Shown here: piece after piece, positions 25,522 to 35,666 of the stretch
How the letters are laid out: the number at the start of each line of letters is the position of its first letter
Position numbering within the stretch: the stretch's first letter is position 1
From: Thermoleophilia bacterium
Lineage (GTDB): Bacteria > Actinomycetota > Thermoleophilia > BMS3ABIN01
Assembly (NCBI GenBank): GCA_014859345.1
Contig: JACUUL010000003.1
Coordinates: 4,460-68,459 of the forward strand
Length of the DNA stretch: 64,000 nt
Direction of reading: 5' to 3'
Notes under the pieces: generated by a model
Told to the model about the DNA's origin: nothing
The model's input: only the letters and a program-made list of their open reading frames with translations
The model's database searches: none
Program-made: the position numbers and the translations under genes

Positions 25522-26631
25522 ATGAGAATAGGAATCGAAGGCCTGCCTTTGCTTTTCCACCGGACCGGCACGTCGACGTACACGCACGAACTGGTCCAGA
25601 ACCTGAGGCGGCTGCACAAGGATGATACGGTCGTCCTTTTCGCCAGGAACCAGCGCGGCGCGGGGGATTCCTATCACAAGATCTCCTATGCCGAAAGAGC
25701 TCTTAATCTTTTCTATAAGGAATATCGTCTTCCTCTTGAGCTGGGCAGCGAGCGGATTGACATCTATCATTCCCCCCGGGACATGGGTTTGCCCTCTCCC
25801 AAACGGGTGGCGTGCCCCTGCCTGATGACCCTGCATGACGTGGTCCTGGTGCGTCTGGCCCGGGATTATTACAGCCGGGCGCACGCCCGGATCTACGAAA
25901 GCAGGTTGCGCAAGCGGCTGGAGACGGCGGATCATATCATCACCGTTTCTGAATTTTCGCGGAACGACATCCTGGACTGGTCGGGCATCGATCCGGACAA
26001 GGTGAGCGTTGTCCATAATGGAGTTTCGGGAAAATTCGGCCCGGTGACCGATGAGGCCGCCCTGGAGGAAGTGCGCCGGCGTTACGGCCTGCCGCGGCGC
26101 TTCATCCTGTCCCTCGGCTCTACGGAGCCGCGCAAGAACATCACCCGCGCCATCCAGGCCTACAGCGAGATCAGGCGGATGGAGCCCGGAACCGGCCTGG
26201 TGGTGACCGGGGTCGATTACAGCGGCGTCCAGCCCCGTAAGGCGTTTTCCGGGCTGCCCATGGAAGGCGTCAATTTTTCCGGCTATATCAGCGATACAGA
26301 CATGCCGGCGCTCATCAGCGCGGCGGAGATCCTGTTTTTCCCGTCCCTGTACGAGGGGTTCGGGTTGCCGCCCCTGGAGGCGATGGCCTGCGGCACCCCT
26401 GTAGTGACCTCCAATACAACCTCGATCCCCGAGATGGTGGGAGACGCGGCTGTGATGGTGGACCCGGCCGATGTCGCCGGGATGGCGGCGGCCCTGGAGA
26501 TGGTGCTTAACTCGGAGGATTTACGGGCAGAGCTGGTAAAGAAAGGTTTCGAGCGCGCCACCCGCTTCAGCTGGGCGAGCACTGCGGAGGAGACCAAAAA
26601 GATCTACAAGAAAGTCGTTGATGGGAAATAG
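25522..26631 (+). CDS. GT4 (GT-B fold, family 1-type) glycosyltransferase
   Basis: FFPSLYEGFGLPPLEAMACGTPVVTSN (EX7E-type motif). Confidence 0.8.
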   Translation: MRIGIEGLPLLFHRTGTSTYTHELVQNLRRLHKDDTVVLFARNQRGAGDSYHKISYAERALNLFYKEYRLPLELGSERIDIYHSPRDMGLPSPKRVACPCLMTLHDVVLVRLARDYYSRAHARIYESRLRKRLETADHIITVSEFSRNDILDWSGIDPDKVSVVHNGVSGKFGPVTDEAALEEVRRRYGLPRRFILSLGSTEPRKNITRAIQAYSEIRRMEPGTGLVVTGVDYSGVQPRKAFSGLPMEGVNFSGYISDTDMPALISAAEILFFPSLYEGFGLPPLEAMACGTPVVTSNTTSIPEMVGDAAVMVDPADVAGMAAALEMVLNSEDLRAELVKKGFERATRFSWASTAEETKKIYKKVVDGK

Positions 26632-26721
26632 GGTTCAGCGACCGACATGCTCCTCCGTGGTTTATCAGTACTCTTTATGACGAGGACGCGAGCGCGTGAC
26701 TTTTCCACCGGGGCAAAAACC

Positions 26722-28452
26722 ATGCCTTCCAATAAGGAAATAGCCGATATGCTTGATCTGCTGGCCGACCTGATGGAGCTGGACGGAGCCAACAAGTACA
26801 AGACCATCGCCGTTCAGAAAGCGGCCCGGAGGATGGAAGCGGCGAACTTCTCCGTCGAGGAAGCGACCGCCCGCGGCGGCCTCAGGGAGATTCCCGACAT
26901 CGGAGAGCGGATCGCCGCCAAGATCGAAGAGTTCATCACCACCGGCAGGCTCGCGGAAATCGAGGAATACCTCGAGACTTATCCCGAGGATCTGGTCCGG
27001 ATCATGCGCGTACAGGGGGTGGGACCCAAGACTGCCCGCAAGGTCTGGCAGGAACTGGGAATATCCTCGCTGGATCAGCTGGAAGCGGCCGCCAGCAGCG
27101 GCCAGGTGGCGAGCCTGCCCGGCCTGGGGAAGAAGAGCGAGGAGAACATCCTGCAGGCGATAGAGAGGCTCAGGGCCCGGGGCCAACGCCTCTTGCTGGG
27201 CGATGTCCTGCCGGTAGCGGAAGAATCTGTTGAGATACTGCGTGATATCCCGGAGGCCCGCAACGTCTCCTATGCCGGCAGCGTGCGGCGCATGAGGGAG
27301 ACCGTAAAGGACCTGGACATCATCGCCACCGCCAGCGAGCCCTCGGCGCTTACCGGCCGGTTCTGCAAGCTTCCCATGGTCGCCGAGATCGTCGGCAGCG
27401 GCCCCACCAAATGCTCAGTCCGCACCCATACCGGTCTGCAGGTGGATCTGCGGGTGGTTCCCCACAGCCAGTTCGGCAGTCTTCTTCAGCACTTCACCGG
27501 CTCCAAGGAGCATAACGTGGCGCTCAGGGAGCTGGCCCTGACCAAGGGCCTGAGCGTCAGCGAATACGGTGTTGAGGAAACGGAAACCGGCAAACTCCAC
27601 GAATGCGCCACCGAGAAAGAGCTGTACCGGCTTCTTGGCCTCGATTACATCCCGCCGGAGCTGCGCGAGAACAACGGCGAGATAGAAGCGGCCGCGGCCG
27701 GGCGCCTGCCGAAACTGATCGAGTACGGAGACCTCAAGGGCGACATGCATATCCATACCAACTGGAGCGAGGGTGACGTGAACATCGCGGAAATGGCCAG
27801 GGCGGCCAAAAAGCGCGGGCTAAAGTACATGACCGTCTCCGATCACTCCCAGTCCATGGGCATGGTCCAGGGGCTGACCCCGGAGAAAGTCGGACCGCAG
27901 CAGGAAGAGATCGCCAGGGTCAACCGGGAGATGAAAGGGTTTCACATCTTCTCCGGCGTGGAGCTTGACGTGCGAGCCGATGGCACCCTGGATTTCGCAG
28001 ACGAGGTCCTGGCGCTCTTCGATTTTGTCACCGTCTCGATCCACTCCGGCTTCAGCCAGACCCGCAGCCGGATCACGAAGCGTCTCAGAAACGCCATGGA
28101 GAATCCGCACGTGCGGGCTATTGGCCATCCCACCGGCAGGCTGATAAACAAACGGGACCCTTACGACGTCGATATCGGAGAGATCATCGAGATGGCCGCG
28201 ACCACGGGCACGGCCCTGGAAATCAACTCACACTATCGCCGCCTCGACCTTGCCGACATCCACGCCCGCGCCGCGCAGGAGGCGGGGGTGAAGCTGCTGA
28301 TAAACAGCGACGCTCACAGGCCCGCGGAGCTGGACATGCTCAGGTACGGCATCGCCGCCGCCCGGCGGGGATGGGTGCGCAGGGAGACCGTCCTCAACAC
28401 GCTGCCGCTGCCGCGCCTGAAAGCGCTGCTGAATAAACCGAAGGCGCCCTGA
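26722..28452 (+). CDS. polX: family X DNA polymerase with C-terminal PHP 3'-5' exonuclease domain
   Basis: N-terminal helix-hairpin-helix region (NKEIADMLDLLADLMEL, GVGPKTARKV), nucleotidyltransferase DLDIIA, and PHP domain GDMHIHTNWSEG...SDH...NSDAH. ATG at 26722 chosen. Confidence 0.8.
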   Translation: MPSNKEIADMLDLLADLMELDGANKYKTIAVQKAARRMEAANFSVEEATARGGLREIPDIGERIAAKIEEFITTGRLAEIEEYLETYPEDLVRIMRVQGVGPKTARKVWQELGISSLDQLEAAASSGQVASLPGLGKKSEENILQAIERLRARGQRLLLGDVLPVAEESVEILRDIPEARNVSYAGSVRRMRETVKDLDIIATASEPSALTGRFCKLPMVAEIVGSGPTKCSVRTHTGLQVDLRVVPHSQFGSLLQHFTGSKEHNVALRELALTKGLSVSEYGVEETETGKLHECATEKELYRLLGLDYIPPELRENNGEIEAAAAGRLPKLIEYGDLKGDMHIHTNWSEGDVNIAEMARAAKKRGLKYMTVSDHSQSMGMVQGLTPEKVGPQQEEIARVNREMKGFHIFSGVELDVRADGTLDFADEVLALFDFVTVSIHSGFSQTRSRITKRLRNAMENPHVRAIGHPTGRLINKRDPYDVDIGEIIEMAATTGTALEINSHYRRLDLADIHARAAQEAGVKLLINSDAHRPAELDMLRYGIAAARRGWVRRETVLNTLPLPRLKALLNKPKAP

Positions 28453-29448
28453 TCAGGCCAGCTCGCGGCCGGCCAGCTCCACGGCCTCATCAAAACTCTC
28501 CGCCCTGAGAAGGGCCGAACGCAGCTCGCCGCGAGGGGCGAAGGGGGCCAGGTACCAGCCATAAAATTTGCGCATGTGCCGCCGGGCCCGGTCCTCTCCC
28601 ATCTCGGCCTTAACGTCTTCATAGAAGCGTCCCATCTCCGTGAGCACATCCGGCAAATCCCGGCGATGCGGTTTGCGGCCTGCCAGCATATCCCCGTAGA
28701 TCCAGGGATTGCCCAGTGCAGCCCTGCCAACCATGACCGCCGCCGCGCCGGCTTCCGCGAGCAGCAGGCGCAAGTCTTCGGCACCGTTGACATCGCCGCT
28801 GGCGATCACGGGAATGTCCACTTCACCGGCCACTCGCGCCGTCACGGCGTGGTCGGCCCGTCCCCGCCAGCCCTGCAACCCGGTGCGGGGATGGATGCCG
28901 ATGGCCGCCGCCCCGGCGGCGGCCATCCGCCTTGCCATCGACGGCGCCGTCACCCGGGAAAAACCGGCACGCATTTTTGCGATCACCGGAACGCTTACCG
29001 CATCCACCATGGCCGCCATTATCCCGGCCGCCAGATCTTCATTCTTCATCAGGGCCACCCCGGCGCCTGTCTTGACAACCTTGCGCACCGAGCAGCCCAT
29101 GTTGATATCGATTATGTCCGCCCCGGCCTGTTCCGCGGCCACCGCGGCCTCGGCCATTATCGCCGGCTTGTCGCCAAACAGCTGCAGCACTACGGGGTGC
29201 TCGGCGGCGGTAAGCTTCAGCATTTCTGTCGTGCGGCGGTTCCGGTAATGGATGCCATAGCTGCTGACCATCTCCGTGGCCGCCAGGCCTGCCCCGAAAC
29301 GCAGCGCCTGCAGCCGGAAAGCGCGTCCGGTGACTCCGGCCATCGGGGCCTGCACCAGGCGGTTGGCCAGCCGTACCGGGCCTATATGGAAGTGATCGGT
29401 CAGCGTCCAGTTGAAGGAATCGCTTTTATGTGGCGCAGAATCCGGCAT
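28453..29448 (-). CDS. dusB: tRNA-dihydrouridine synthase
   Basis: LVQAPMAGVTGRAFR, DINMGCSVRKV and HPRT motifs of the Dus family. The start (29448 or 29541) is uncertain. Confidence 0.8.
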   Translation of the reverse strand: MPDSAPHKSDSFNWTLTDHFHIGPVRLANRLVQAPMAGVTGRAFRLQALRFGAGLAATEMVSSYGIHYRNRRTTEMLKLTAAEHPVVLQLFGDKPAIMAEAAVAAEQAGADIIDINMGCSVRKVVKTGAGVALMKNEDLAAGIMAAMVDAVSVPVIAKMRAGFSRVTAPSMARRMAAAGAAAIGIHPRTGLQGWRGRADHAVTARVAGEVDIPVIASGDVNGAEDLRLLLAEAGAAAVMVGRAALGNPWIYGDMLAGRKPHRRDLPDVLTEMGRFYEDVKAEMGEDRARRHMRKFYGWYLAPFAPRGELRSALLRAESFDEAVELAGRELA

Positions 29449-29463
29449 GCTAGAATACCCCAC

Positions 29464-30249
29464 ATGGAAAACACGGTAATTCAAACCAATAAGCTTACCA
29501 AACAGTTTATCAAGTGGCGCGGCCTTTCCTCGCCGCGCCATCCGTTTGAGAAGAAGATCTTCACTGCCGTCAGGGACGTGAACATCGAAGTGCGCCGGGG
29601 CGAGATATTCGGTCTGCTGGGCCCAAACGGCGCCGGCAAGACTACCCTGACCAAGATGATGTGCACCCTGATTCTGCCTTCCAGCGGCAGCGCCACCATC
29701 GCCGGTTACGACCTGGTCAGGCAGCAGGAAAAAGTCAAGGCGTCAATCGCGCTCGTGTCCAGCGAGGAGCGCAGCTTCTACTGGCGGCTCACCGGACGCC
29801 AGAATCTCGAGTTCTTTGCGGCCCTGCGCGGCATCTCCAGGGAGAAGGCCGCCCGGCGCATCCCTGAAGTCCTTGATCAGGTTGGCATAACCGAAGCCGC
29901 AAACCGCCGCTTTCAGGAATACTCCACCGGGATGAAACAGCGCCTGGGGCTGGCCAGGGGTCTGCTGGCCGATCCGGAAATCTTCTTCATGGACGAACCA
30001 ACCAAGGGGCTCGATCCGCTGGCCACAAAACATATACACGATTTCATCAGGGAGAACCTGGCCGCCAGGGGGAAGACTGTTTTTCTTGCCACTCACCACC
30101 TGGCCGAAGCCGAACACGTGTGCGACCGCGTCGGCATCATGTACGATGGCGAGATGAAGGCGCACGGTCAGGTCGATGAGCTGGTGGGGGATTTCACCCT
30201 GGCTGATTACTTCCACGATATCATCAGTGAATCCACTGTGGAGCACTGA
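29464..30249 (+). CDS. ABC transporter ATP-binding protein (ABC-2 subfamily)
   Basis: Walker A GPNGAGKTT, signature STGMKQRLGLA, Walker B IFFMDEPTKGLD. The long ORF 28576..30249 is only real from the in-frame ATG at 29464. Confidence 0.8.
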   Translation: MENTVIQTNKLTKQFIKWRGLSSPRHPFEKKIFTAVRDVNIEVRRGEIFGLLGPNGAGKTTLTKMMCTLILPSSGSATIAGYDLVRQQEKVKASIALVSSEERSFYWRLTGRQNLEFFAALRGISREKAARRIPEVLDQVGITEAANRRFQEYSTGMKQRLGLARGLLADPEIFFMDEPTKGLDPLATKHIHDFIRENLAARGKTVFLATHHLAEAEHVCDRVGIMYDGEMKAHGQVDELVGDFTLADYFHDIISESTVEH

Positions 30250-30365
30250 TCGCTAATGCCTGTCATCCCGAAAAGAGCGAAGCGCGAGGGTTCCGCTTTC
30301 TTGCCCCTGACGGTTCACTCGACCGTTTCGTTCCGCCAGACGAAGTTTAACAGGGAGAGTGGCGG

Positions 30366-31178
30366 ATGCTGAGAAAACCGCTGGCCTTTTTGAAAAAGGA
30401 CTTCCTCATGGAGATAAGCTACAGATTCTCCTTCGTTCTGCAATTCGCCTCCATTTTTTTCTCAGTCGTGCTTTTTTACTTCGTGGGCCAGTTGCTGGGA
30501 GAAGCGCCCTCGGTGCAAAGATCAATCAGCGAATACGGAGGCGACTACTTCTCTTTCGTCCTCATCGGAATCGCGTTCCAGAATTTCCTCTCCGTGGGGC
30601 TGGGAAGCTTTTCCAACAATATCCGCGCCGAGCAGATGATCGGCACCCTTGAAGCCATGCTGGTGTCTCCCACCAGGCTGCCCACAATCGTGCTGTCCTC
30701 CTCCCAATGGAGCTTTGCCTTCACGTCCATCCGGGTGGGAGCATACCTCCTTCTGGGAGGTCTCTTTTTTGGTGTGAGCTTTGGCGGGGCCAGGGTGCTG
30801 CCGGCGTTGACCGCTCTCGTGCTGACGGTGGTGGCCTTCAGCAGCCTGGGAATCATCTCCGCGAGTTTCATCATGATCTTCAAGAAGGGAGATCCCATCG
30901 CCTGGGCCATCAGCACCTCCTCCACCCTGCTGGGAGGGGTTTATTATCCGATCACGATCCTGCCGGACTGGCTGCAGATCGCCTCATACGCGTTTCCCAT
31001 AACATACGCCCTCCGGGCCATCCGCCTGTCATTGCTACAGGGCCAGGGATTCTCCCAGGTCGGCGGCGATCTGGGCGCGCTGGTCATATTTTCTGCCATC
31101 ACCCTGCCAATCAGCCTGCTCATCTTCCGGTTCGCGGTCCGCAGGGCCAAGCGGGACGGCAGTCTGGCGTACTATTAA
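30366..31178 (+). CDS. ABC-2 type transporter permease
   Basis: Six hydrophobic segments immediately downstream of the ATPase. Confidence 0.7.
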   Translation: MLRKPLAFLKKDFLMEISYRFSFVLQFASIFFSVVLFYFVGQLLGEAPSVQRSISEYGGDYFSFVLIGIAFQNFLSVGLGSFSNNIRAEQMIGTLEAMLVSPTRLPTIVLSSSQWSFAFTSIRVGAYLLLGGLFFGVSFGGARVLPALTALVLTVVAFSSLGIISASFIMIFKKGDPIAWAISTSSTLLGGVYYPITILPDWLQIASYAFPITYALRAIRLSLLQGQGFSQVGGDLGALVIFSAITLPISLLIFRFAVRRAKRDGSLAYY

Positions 31179-31328
31179 CTGGTAAACACTTCTGTTGAGC
31201 AGAGCCGTCCGGCCCGTCAAATCCCAGGCGCGGCTGAATCCTGGCGGCCGGAAACTGTAACTTCTCCCTGCCAGGGTCTACAATTAAATTATGTTGACAA
31301 ACGCAGGCACTCCTAAAACAGGCTGAAT

Positions 31329-32726
31329 ATGGAACTCAGCCAATCCTTAAAGACAAGCCAGCAGGTGGCCCTGTCCCCCAGGCTCTATGAGAGCCTGAAG
31401 ATCCTGAGACTGGGCGCGCACGAGCTCGGGGAGCTGGTCAAGCAAGAGCTGAACGAAAACCCGGCCCTGGAGATGCCGGAGCCATCCGAACTCGATATTG
31501 ATCTCGAACTGGACCGCACCGCCGTCATCGAGGCAGCCGGACCCGATCTCTGGCGGGATTTGTCCTCAGCCAGCAGGACTGTGGGGCGTCGCGATCCGTT
31601 GCGGGCCGGCGCGCCTGACGTGGGCGAGCTGGCCACCACCAGAGTCAGCCTCTATGATCATTTGACCCTGCAGCTGAGGCTTCTGCGATTTCCCCGGCAG
31701 AAGCGGCGCGCCGCCCTGGCCGTGATCGGCAGCCTCGATGATGACGGCTACCTGCGAGAGCCGGTAACGGAGATAGCCGCGACCCTTGGAAGGCCGCCGG
31801 CGGAAATCGAGGCGGCGCTCGAACTGGTGCAGGGCTTCGATCCCCCGGGCATCGCCGCGCGCAGCCTGCGGGAATGCCTCGCGCTGCAACTGGCGCGATT
31901 GAACGCTGGCCCCTTGGCCCTTGAAATTGCCAGGGAGCACCTGTCCAGGGTTGCCCGTGATGACCTTGCCGGGATCGCCCGGGATCTGGGAGCGCCGGTC
32001 CCCAGGGTGAAACGGGCAATAAAACTGATTCGCAGCCTTAATCCCCGCCCCGGATCACTCTTCGATTCTGGCACGGCGGCGGCAGTGGCTGTTCCGGATG
32101 TCTATGTCAAACATGAAAGAGGCAGGATCAGCATACTGCCCAACCGCGAGATCCAGCCGCCACTGCACATCAGCCGGCTTTACCGGCAGCTCGCCGAGGA
32201 TGCAGAACAGGCTCCCGGAACAACCGATGAAGAGACCATCAGGTTTATCAGGACCAAAATCCGGGAGGCCTCCCGACTGATTCGTGATATCGACCAGCGG
32301 CGCGCCACTGTCACCCGGGTAGCGCGCGCCATCGCCGCGGCCCAGCCGGAGTTTTTCCAGAAGGGTCCGGAACACCTGCGGCCGCTCGGCCTGGATGACA
32401 TCGCCGGCCGGCTGGACGTCCATGCATCCACCATCAGCCGCGCCATCCTTGACAAGTACATGAGTACCCCTCACGGAATCTTCGAATTCCGTTATTTCTT
32501 CTCGTCGGGATATCAGGCTTGCGGTGAGGGCGGCATCGCCGCCACGGCGGTGCGAAAGAGGCTGCAAAAAATGATCGAAGAAGAGGACAAGCGCCATCCG
32601 TTATCCGACCAGGAGCTGACAGGGCTTTTAAGGAAGGAAGGGGTGCCCATCGCCCGCAGAACCGTCGCCAAGTACCGTGAGGAGATGGGGATAGCCTCGT
32701 CCCGGGTCCGCCGTAAAGAAGCATGA
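31329..32726 (+). CDS. rpoN: RNA polymerase sigma-54 factor
   Basis: N-terminal region I (LKTSQQVALSPRLYESLKILRL...ELNENPALE), HTH, and C-terminal RpoN box ARRTVAKYREEMGI. Confidence 0.9.
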   Translation: MELSQSLKTSQQVALSPRLYESLKILRLGAHELGELVKQELNENPALEMPEPSELDIDLELDRTAVIEAAGPDLWRDLSSASRTVGRRDPLRAGAPDVGELATTRVSLYDHLTLQLRLLRFPRQKRRAALAVIGSLDDDGYLREPVTEIAATLGRPPAEIEAALELVQGFDPPGIAARSLRECLALQLARLNAGPLALEIAREHLSRVARDDLAGIARDLGAPVPRVKRAIKLIRSLNPRPGSLFDSGTAAAVAVPDVYVKHERGRISILPNREIQPPLHISRLYRQLAEDAEQAPGTTDEETIRFIRTKIREASRLIRDIDQRRATVTRVARAIAAAQPEFFQKGPEHLRPLGLDDIAGRLDVHASTISRAILDKYMSTPHGIFEFRYFFSSGYQACGEGGIAATAVRKRLQKMIEEEDKRHPLSDQELTGLLRKEGVPIARRTVAKYREEMGIASSRVRRKEA

Positions 32727-34237
32727 CATCTAATTCAAATACCGTCACCGTGATTCGGGATATCGCCATGGTCGCGTCGGGGATCGCCCTGATCAGCTAT
32801 TTTCATTTCTTTCCGCTCCATCTGGAGTTCATGTCCCACGAGACCTTCCACATCCTTCTGCGCCGACTTTACTATGTTCCGATTTTCTATGCCGCCATAC
32901 GCTTTGGTCTTAAAGGCGGGGTGATCGCTTCCCTGACCGCGACAGCCCTGTTCGCTCCCCATGCGGCCAGAACCCTGGGAGGCTTCCTCGGCCCCATATC
33001 GGTAGACAACCTTTTCGATATTATCCTTTACAATGTGGTGGGTCTGACCACCGGCCTTGTTGTGGACTCGCGCCGCCGCCAGGCCCACAGATATGAAGAG
33101 GTGGTCAATCTGAACCGCGAGATCGAAGACCGGGAAACGGCCATCCGCCACATGCAGGCGTATACCCAGAGCATCCTGAGCAGTGTCAGCAGCGGCGTCA
33201 TATCGTGCGACCGCCGGGGCGTTGTAGTCACAGCCAATCCGGTCGCCCGCAGGCTGCTGGGGCTTGGAGAGGAAGATATCGTGGGCTTCCCCCTTTCCCG
33301 CGTCTTTCCCGGGCACTCGGAATTGCTGCGGGCCGCACGGCTGATCTTAAGCGGAGAGCAGAAGCGCGCCACGCTGGAAACCTGCCTTGCCATCGAGGGC
33401 AGAACCCTCACGGTGGCAGTGCGGATAACTCCTCATCTCAGCCGCGGCCGCACCGTCGGCGCCGTCATCACCCTGGAAGACCTTACCGAAGTCAAGGATC
33501 TCACGGAGCAGCTTCTGCGCGCGGACCGGCTGTCGGGTCTGGGGGAGCTGGTGGCCGGCGTGGCGCACGAGGTGAGAAATCCTTTGGGCGTCATCCGCGC
33601 CAGCGTCCAGATGCTGGACCAGGAGATGGAAACCGGCAGCGGCGCCGCCGAGCTCAACCAGGTCATGCTGCAGGAAATCGACCGCCTCGATTCGGTGGTC
33701 GGCGCCCTGCTTGACTTCGGAAGCCCATCTGAGTCACAGTTTGGGCACGTCGAGCCGGTACGGGTGCTTGACGAGGTGATGCTGCTGACCAGGCATTTCG
33801 CCCAGCAACAGGAAATAGACATCGCCGCCGGTTATCCGGCGGAACTTCCCGGCGTATGGGCCGAAGAGGACAGGCTGAAACAGGTGTTCCTGAATCTGAT
33901 ATCAAACGCGATCCAGGCCATGCCAGGCGGGGGTTCGCTAAAGGTGTCGGCAGCACCCCGAGACGGCTATCTGCGCGTGGAAGTCACGGACACAGGCGGA
34001 GGCATCCCCCCGGAGGAGCAGAAAAGAATCTTTGACCCATTCCACACCACCCGGGCCGAGGGCAGCGGGCTCGGCCTTGCCATCGTGCACCGCATCGTGG
34101 ACGCCCATAACGGTTTCATCACGGTGGACAGCGAGCCGGGCAGGGGGAGCACCTTCACGGTGGGCATACCTCTATCGGGGGCCGCGATAACAGGCACGGC
34201 CATAGACGAGCCGGCCGGGGAAGCTGACGATGACTGA
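32723..34237 (+). CDS. membrane-bound PAS-domain sensor histidine kinase (NtrB/AtoS-like)
   Basis: N-terminal TM region, PAS (ILSSVSSGVISCDRRGVVVTANP), H-box GVAHEVRNPL, N-box LNLISNAIQA, G-boxes DTGGGI and GSGLGLAIV. Its ATG overlaps the rpoN stop (ATGA). Confidence 0.85.
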   Translation: MTSNSNTVTVIRDIAMVASGIALISYFHFFPLHLEFMSHETFHILLRRLYYVPIFYAAIRFGLKGGVIASLTATALFAPHAARTLGGFLGPISVDNLFDIILYNVVGLTTGLVVDSRRRQAHRYEEVVNLNREIEDRETAIRHMQAYTQSILSSVSSGVISCDRRGVVVTANPVARRLLGLGEEDIVGFPLSRVFPGHSELLRAARLILSGEQKRATLETCLAIEGRTLTVAVRITPHLSRGRTVGAVITLEDLTEVKDLTEQLLRADRLSGLGELVAGVAHEVRNPLGVIRASVQMLDQEMETGSGAAELNQVMLQEIDRLDSVVGALLDFGSPSESQFGHVEPVRVLDEVMLLTRHFAQQQEIDIAAGYPAELPGVWAEEDRLKQVFLNLISNAIQAMPGGGSLKVSAAPRDGYLRVEVTDTGGGIPPEEQKRIFDPFHTTRAEGSGLGLAIVHRIVDAHNGFITVDSEPGRGSTFTVGIPLSGAAITGTAIDEPAGEADDD

Positions 34238-35570
34238 TTCCATACTGGTCGTCGACGACGAGAAAAACATGCGTTTCGTGGTGGGGCGCGCCCTCAGGAG
34301 CGCCGGTCACGACGTGAGCGAGGCAGCCTCGGGAGAGGAGGCCCTCCGGGCGTTAGGGAAATCGGCTCCCAGCCTGGTGCTGCTCGATCAGCGGATGCCG
34401 GGAATGGATGGGCTGGCCACCCTCAAGGAGATGAAACGGCGTCAACCGGAGTTGCCGGTGGTGATGCTCACCGCCCACGGCAACATCGAGGACGCTGTCA
34501 AGGCCATGAAGGCCGGGGCATCCGATTACCTCACCAAGCCTTTCGACGTGGAAGAGCTGAAACTGGCCGTTGAGAAGGCGCTCAAGCTCAGCTGCCTCGA
34601 GCGGCAGGTGGATTTTCTGCGCGAAGAGCTCGGCCGGGATTACGATACCTCGGGCGTTATTGGCGAGAGCGCGCAGATGCAGGAAGTCCTGGCCACGGTG
34701 CGCCGGGTTGCCGCTACGGACGCTACCGTGATGATCTATGGCGAGAGCGGCACGGGCAAGGAACTCATCGCCAGGGCCATCCATAACGGCAGCCCGCGGG
34801 CCCGGGGGCCTTTCGTCCAGCTCAGCTGCGCGGCCCTGCCGGAGACCCTTCTGGAGAGCGAGCTTTTCGGTTACGAGAAGGGCGCCTTCACCGGCGCCAC
34901 CGGTTCCAAACCGGGCCGCTTCGAACTCGCCGATGGCGGCAGCCTGTTCCTGGACGAGATCGGAGACATATCTCCGGCGGTGCAGGTCAAGCTTCTGCGC
35001 GTCCTGGAAACCATGACATTCGAGCGCCTGGGATCCAACCAGACCGTCAGCGTCGACGTGCGACTCATCGGCGCCACCAACAGAGACCTGCCTCGGTTGA
35101 TAAGCGAAGGAGGATTCCGCGAGGACCTTTATTACCGCCTGAACGTGATCCCTGTCTGCATGCCGCCTCTGCGGGACCGGCCGGGGGACATCAAGCTGCT
35201 GGCCAAGCACTTCCTGGCCAGGCACGCTCCCGGCAAGGATCTGTCTCCGGAGGCCCTCCGGCATCTGGAGGATTACCGCTGGCCCGGCAACGTGCGCGAG
35301 CTGATCAACACGATCGAACGCGCCGGCATCTTAAGCCCCGGGCCTGTTATCGGCCCCGGTGATTTGCCGGCCGAGGTGCGGGCGGGAACATCGCCGGCCG
35401 CGGGCGGCTTCGAGCTCCCCCCGGAGGGCGTGACCCTGGAGCAGGTGGAGAAAGAGCTCATCGAACAGGCGCTGGCGCGCACCGGCGGCAACCGTACAAA
35501 GGCCGCCGGCCTGCTGGGCATAAGCCGCCATACGTTGCTTTACCGCATCGAGAAATATCATATTGGCTGA
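34230..35570 (+). CDS. sigma-54-dependent response regulator (NtrC-family bacterial enhancer-binding protein)
   Basis: Receiver ([13 protein letters not shown]), AAA+ domain with GESGTGKE Walker [16 protein letters not shown] (GAFTGA loop), and C-terminal Fis-type [23 protein letters not shown]. Overlaps the kinase gene by 8 nt. Confidence 0.9.
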   Translation: MTDSILVVDDEKNMRFVVGRALRSAGHDVSEAASGEEALRALGKSAPSLVLLDQRMPGMDGLATLKEMKRRQPELPVVMLTAHGNIEDAVKAMKAGASDYLTKPFDVEELKLAVEKALKLSCLERQVDFLREELGRDYDTSGVIGESAQMQEVLATVRRVAATDATVMIYGESGTGKELIARAIHNGSPRARGPFVQLSCAALPETLLESELFGYEKGAFTGATGSKPGRFELADGGSLFLDEIGDISPAVQVKLLRVLETMTFERLGSNQTVSVDVRLIGATNRDLPRLISEGGFREDLYYRLNVIPVCMPPLRDRPGDIKLLAKHFLARHAPGKDLSPEALRHLEDYRWPGNVRELINTIERAGILSPGPVIGPGDLPAEVRAGTSPAAGGFELPPEGVTLEQVEKELIEQALARTGGNRTKAAGLLGISRHTLLYRIEKYHIG

Positions 35571-35666
35571 TTATGTCTTTCTTGACGCCTAAAAGAGAAA
35601 CAGGTAACCTGAGGAAACCCGCATGGATAAGTTCAGTTTCACCACCAGGATCCTAAAAAAGCTGAA

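Noticed and set aside
28576-29463. N-terminal 296 codons of the 557-aa ORF 28576..30249
   Set aside because: This part is antisense to dusB and has no motifs. The ABC ATPase homology begins only at the in-frame ATG at 29464.
30255-30300. Motif tgcctgtcatcccgaaaagagcgaagcgcgagggttccgc in the gap between the ABC ATPase and permease, with a partial echo (tgcctgtcattccgg) at about 55789
   Set aside because: It resembles short intergenic repeat elements I recall from other genomes. However, there is only one full copy in the window, the hairpin potential is weak, and the second occurrence is about 14 nt and could be chance.
35624-35641. TGGATAAGTTCAGTTTCA upstream of the MacB-type ABC genes as a possible sigma-54 promoter
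   Set aside because: There is no GC at the -12 position with correct spacing, and the match to the -24 box is poor.
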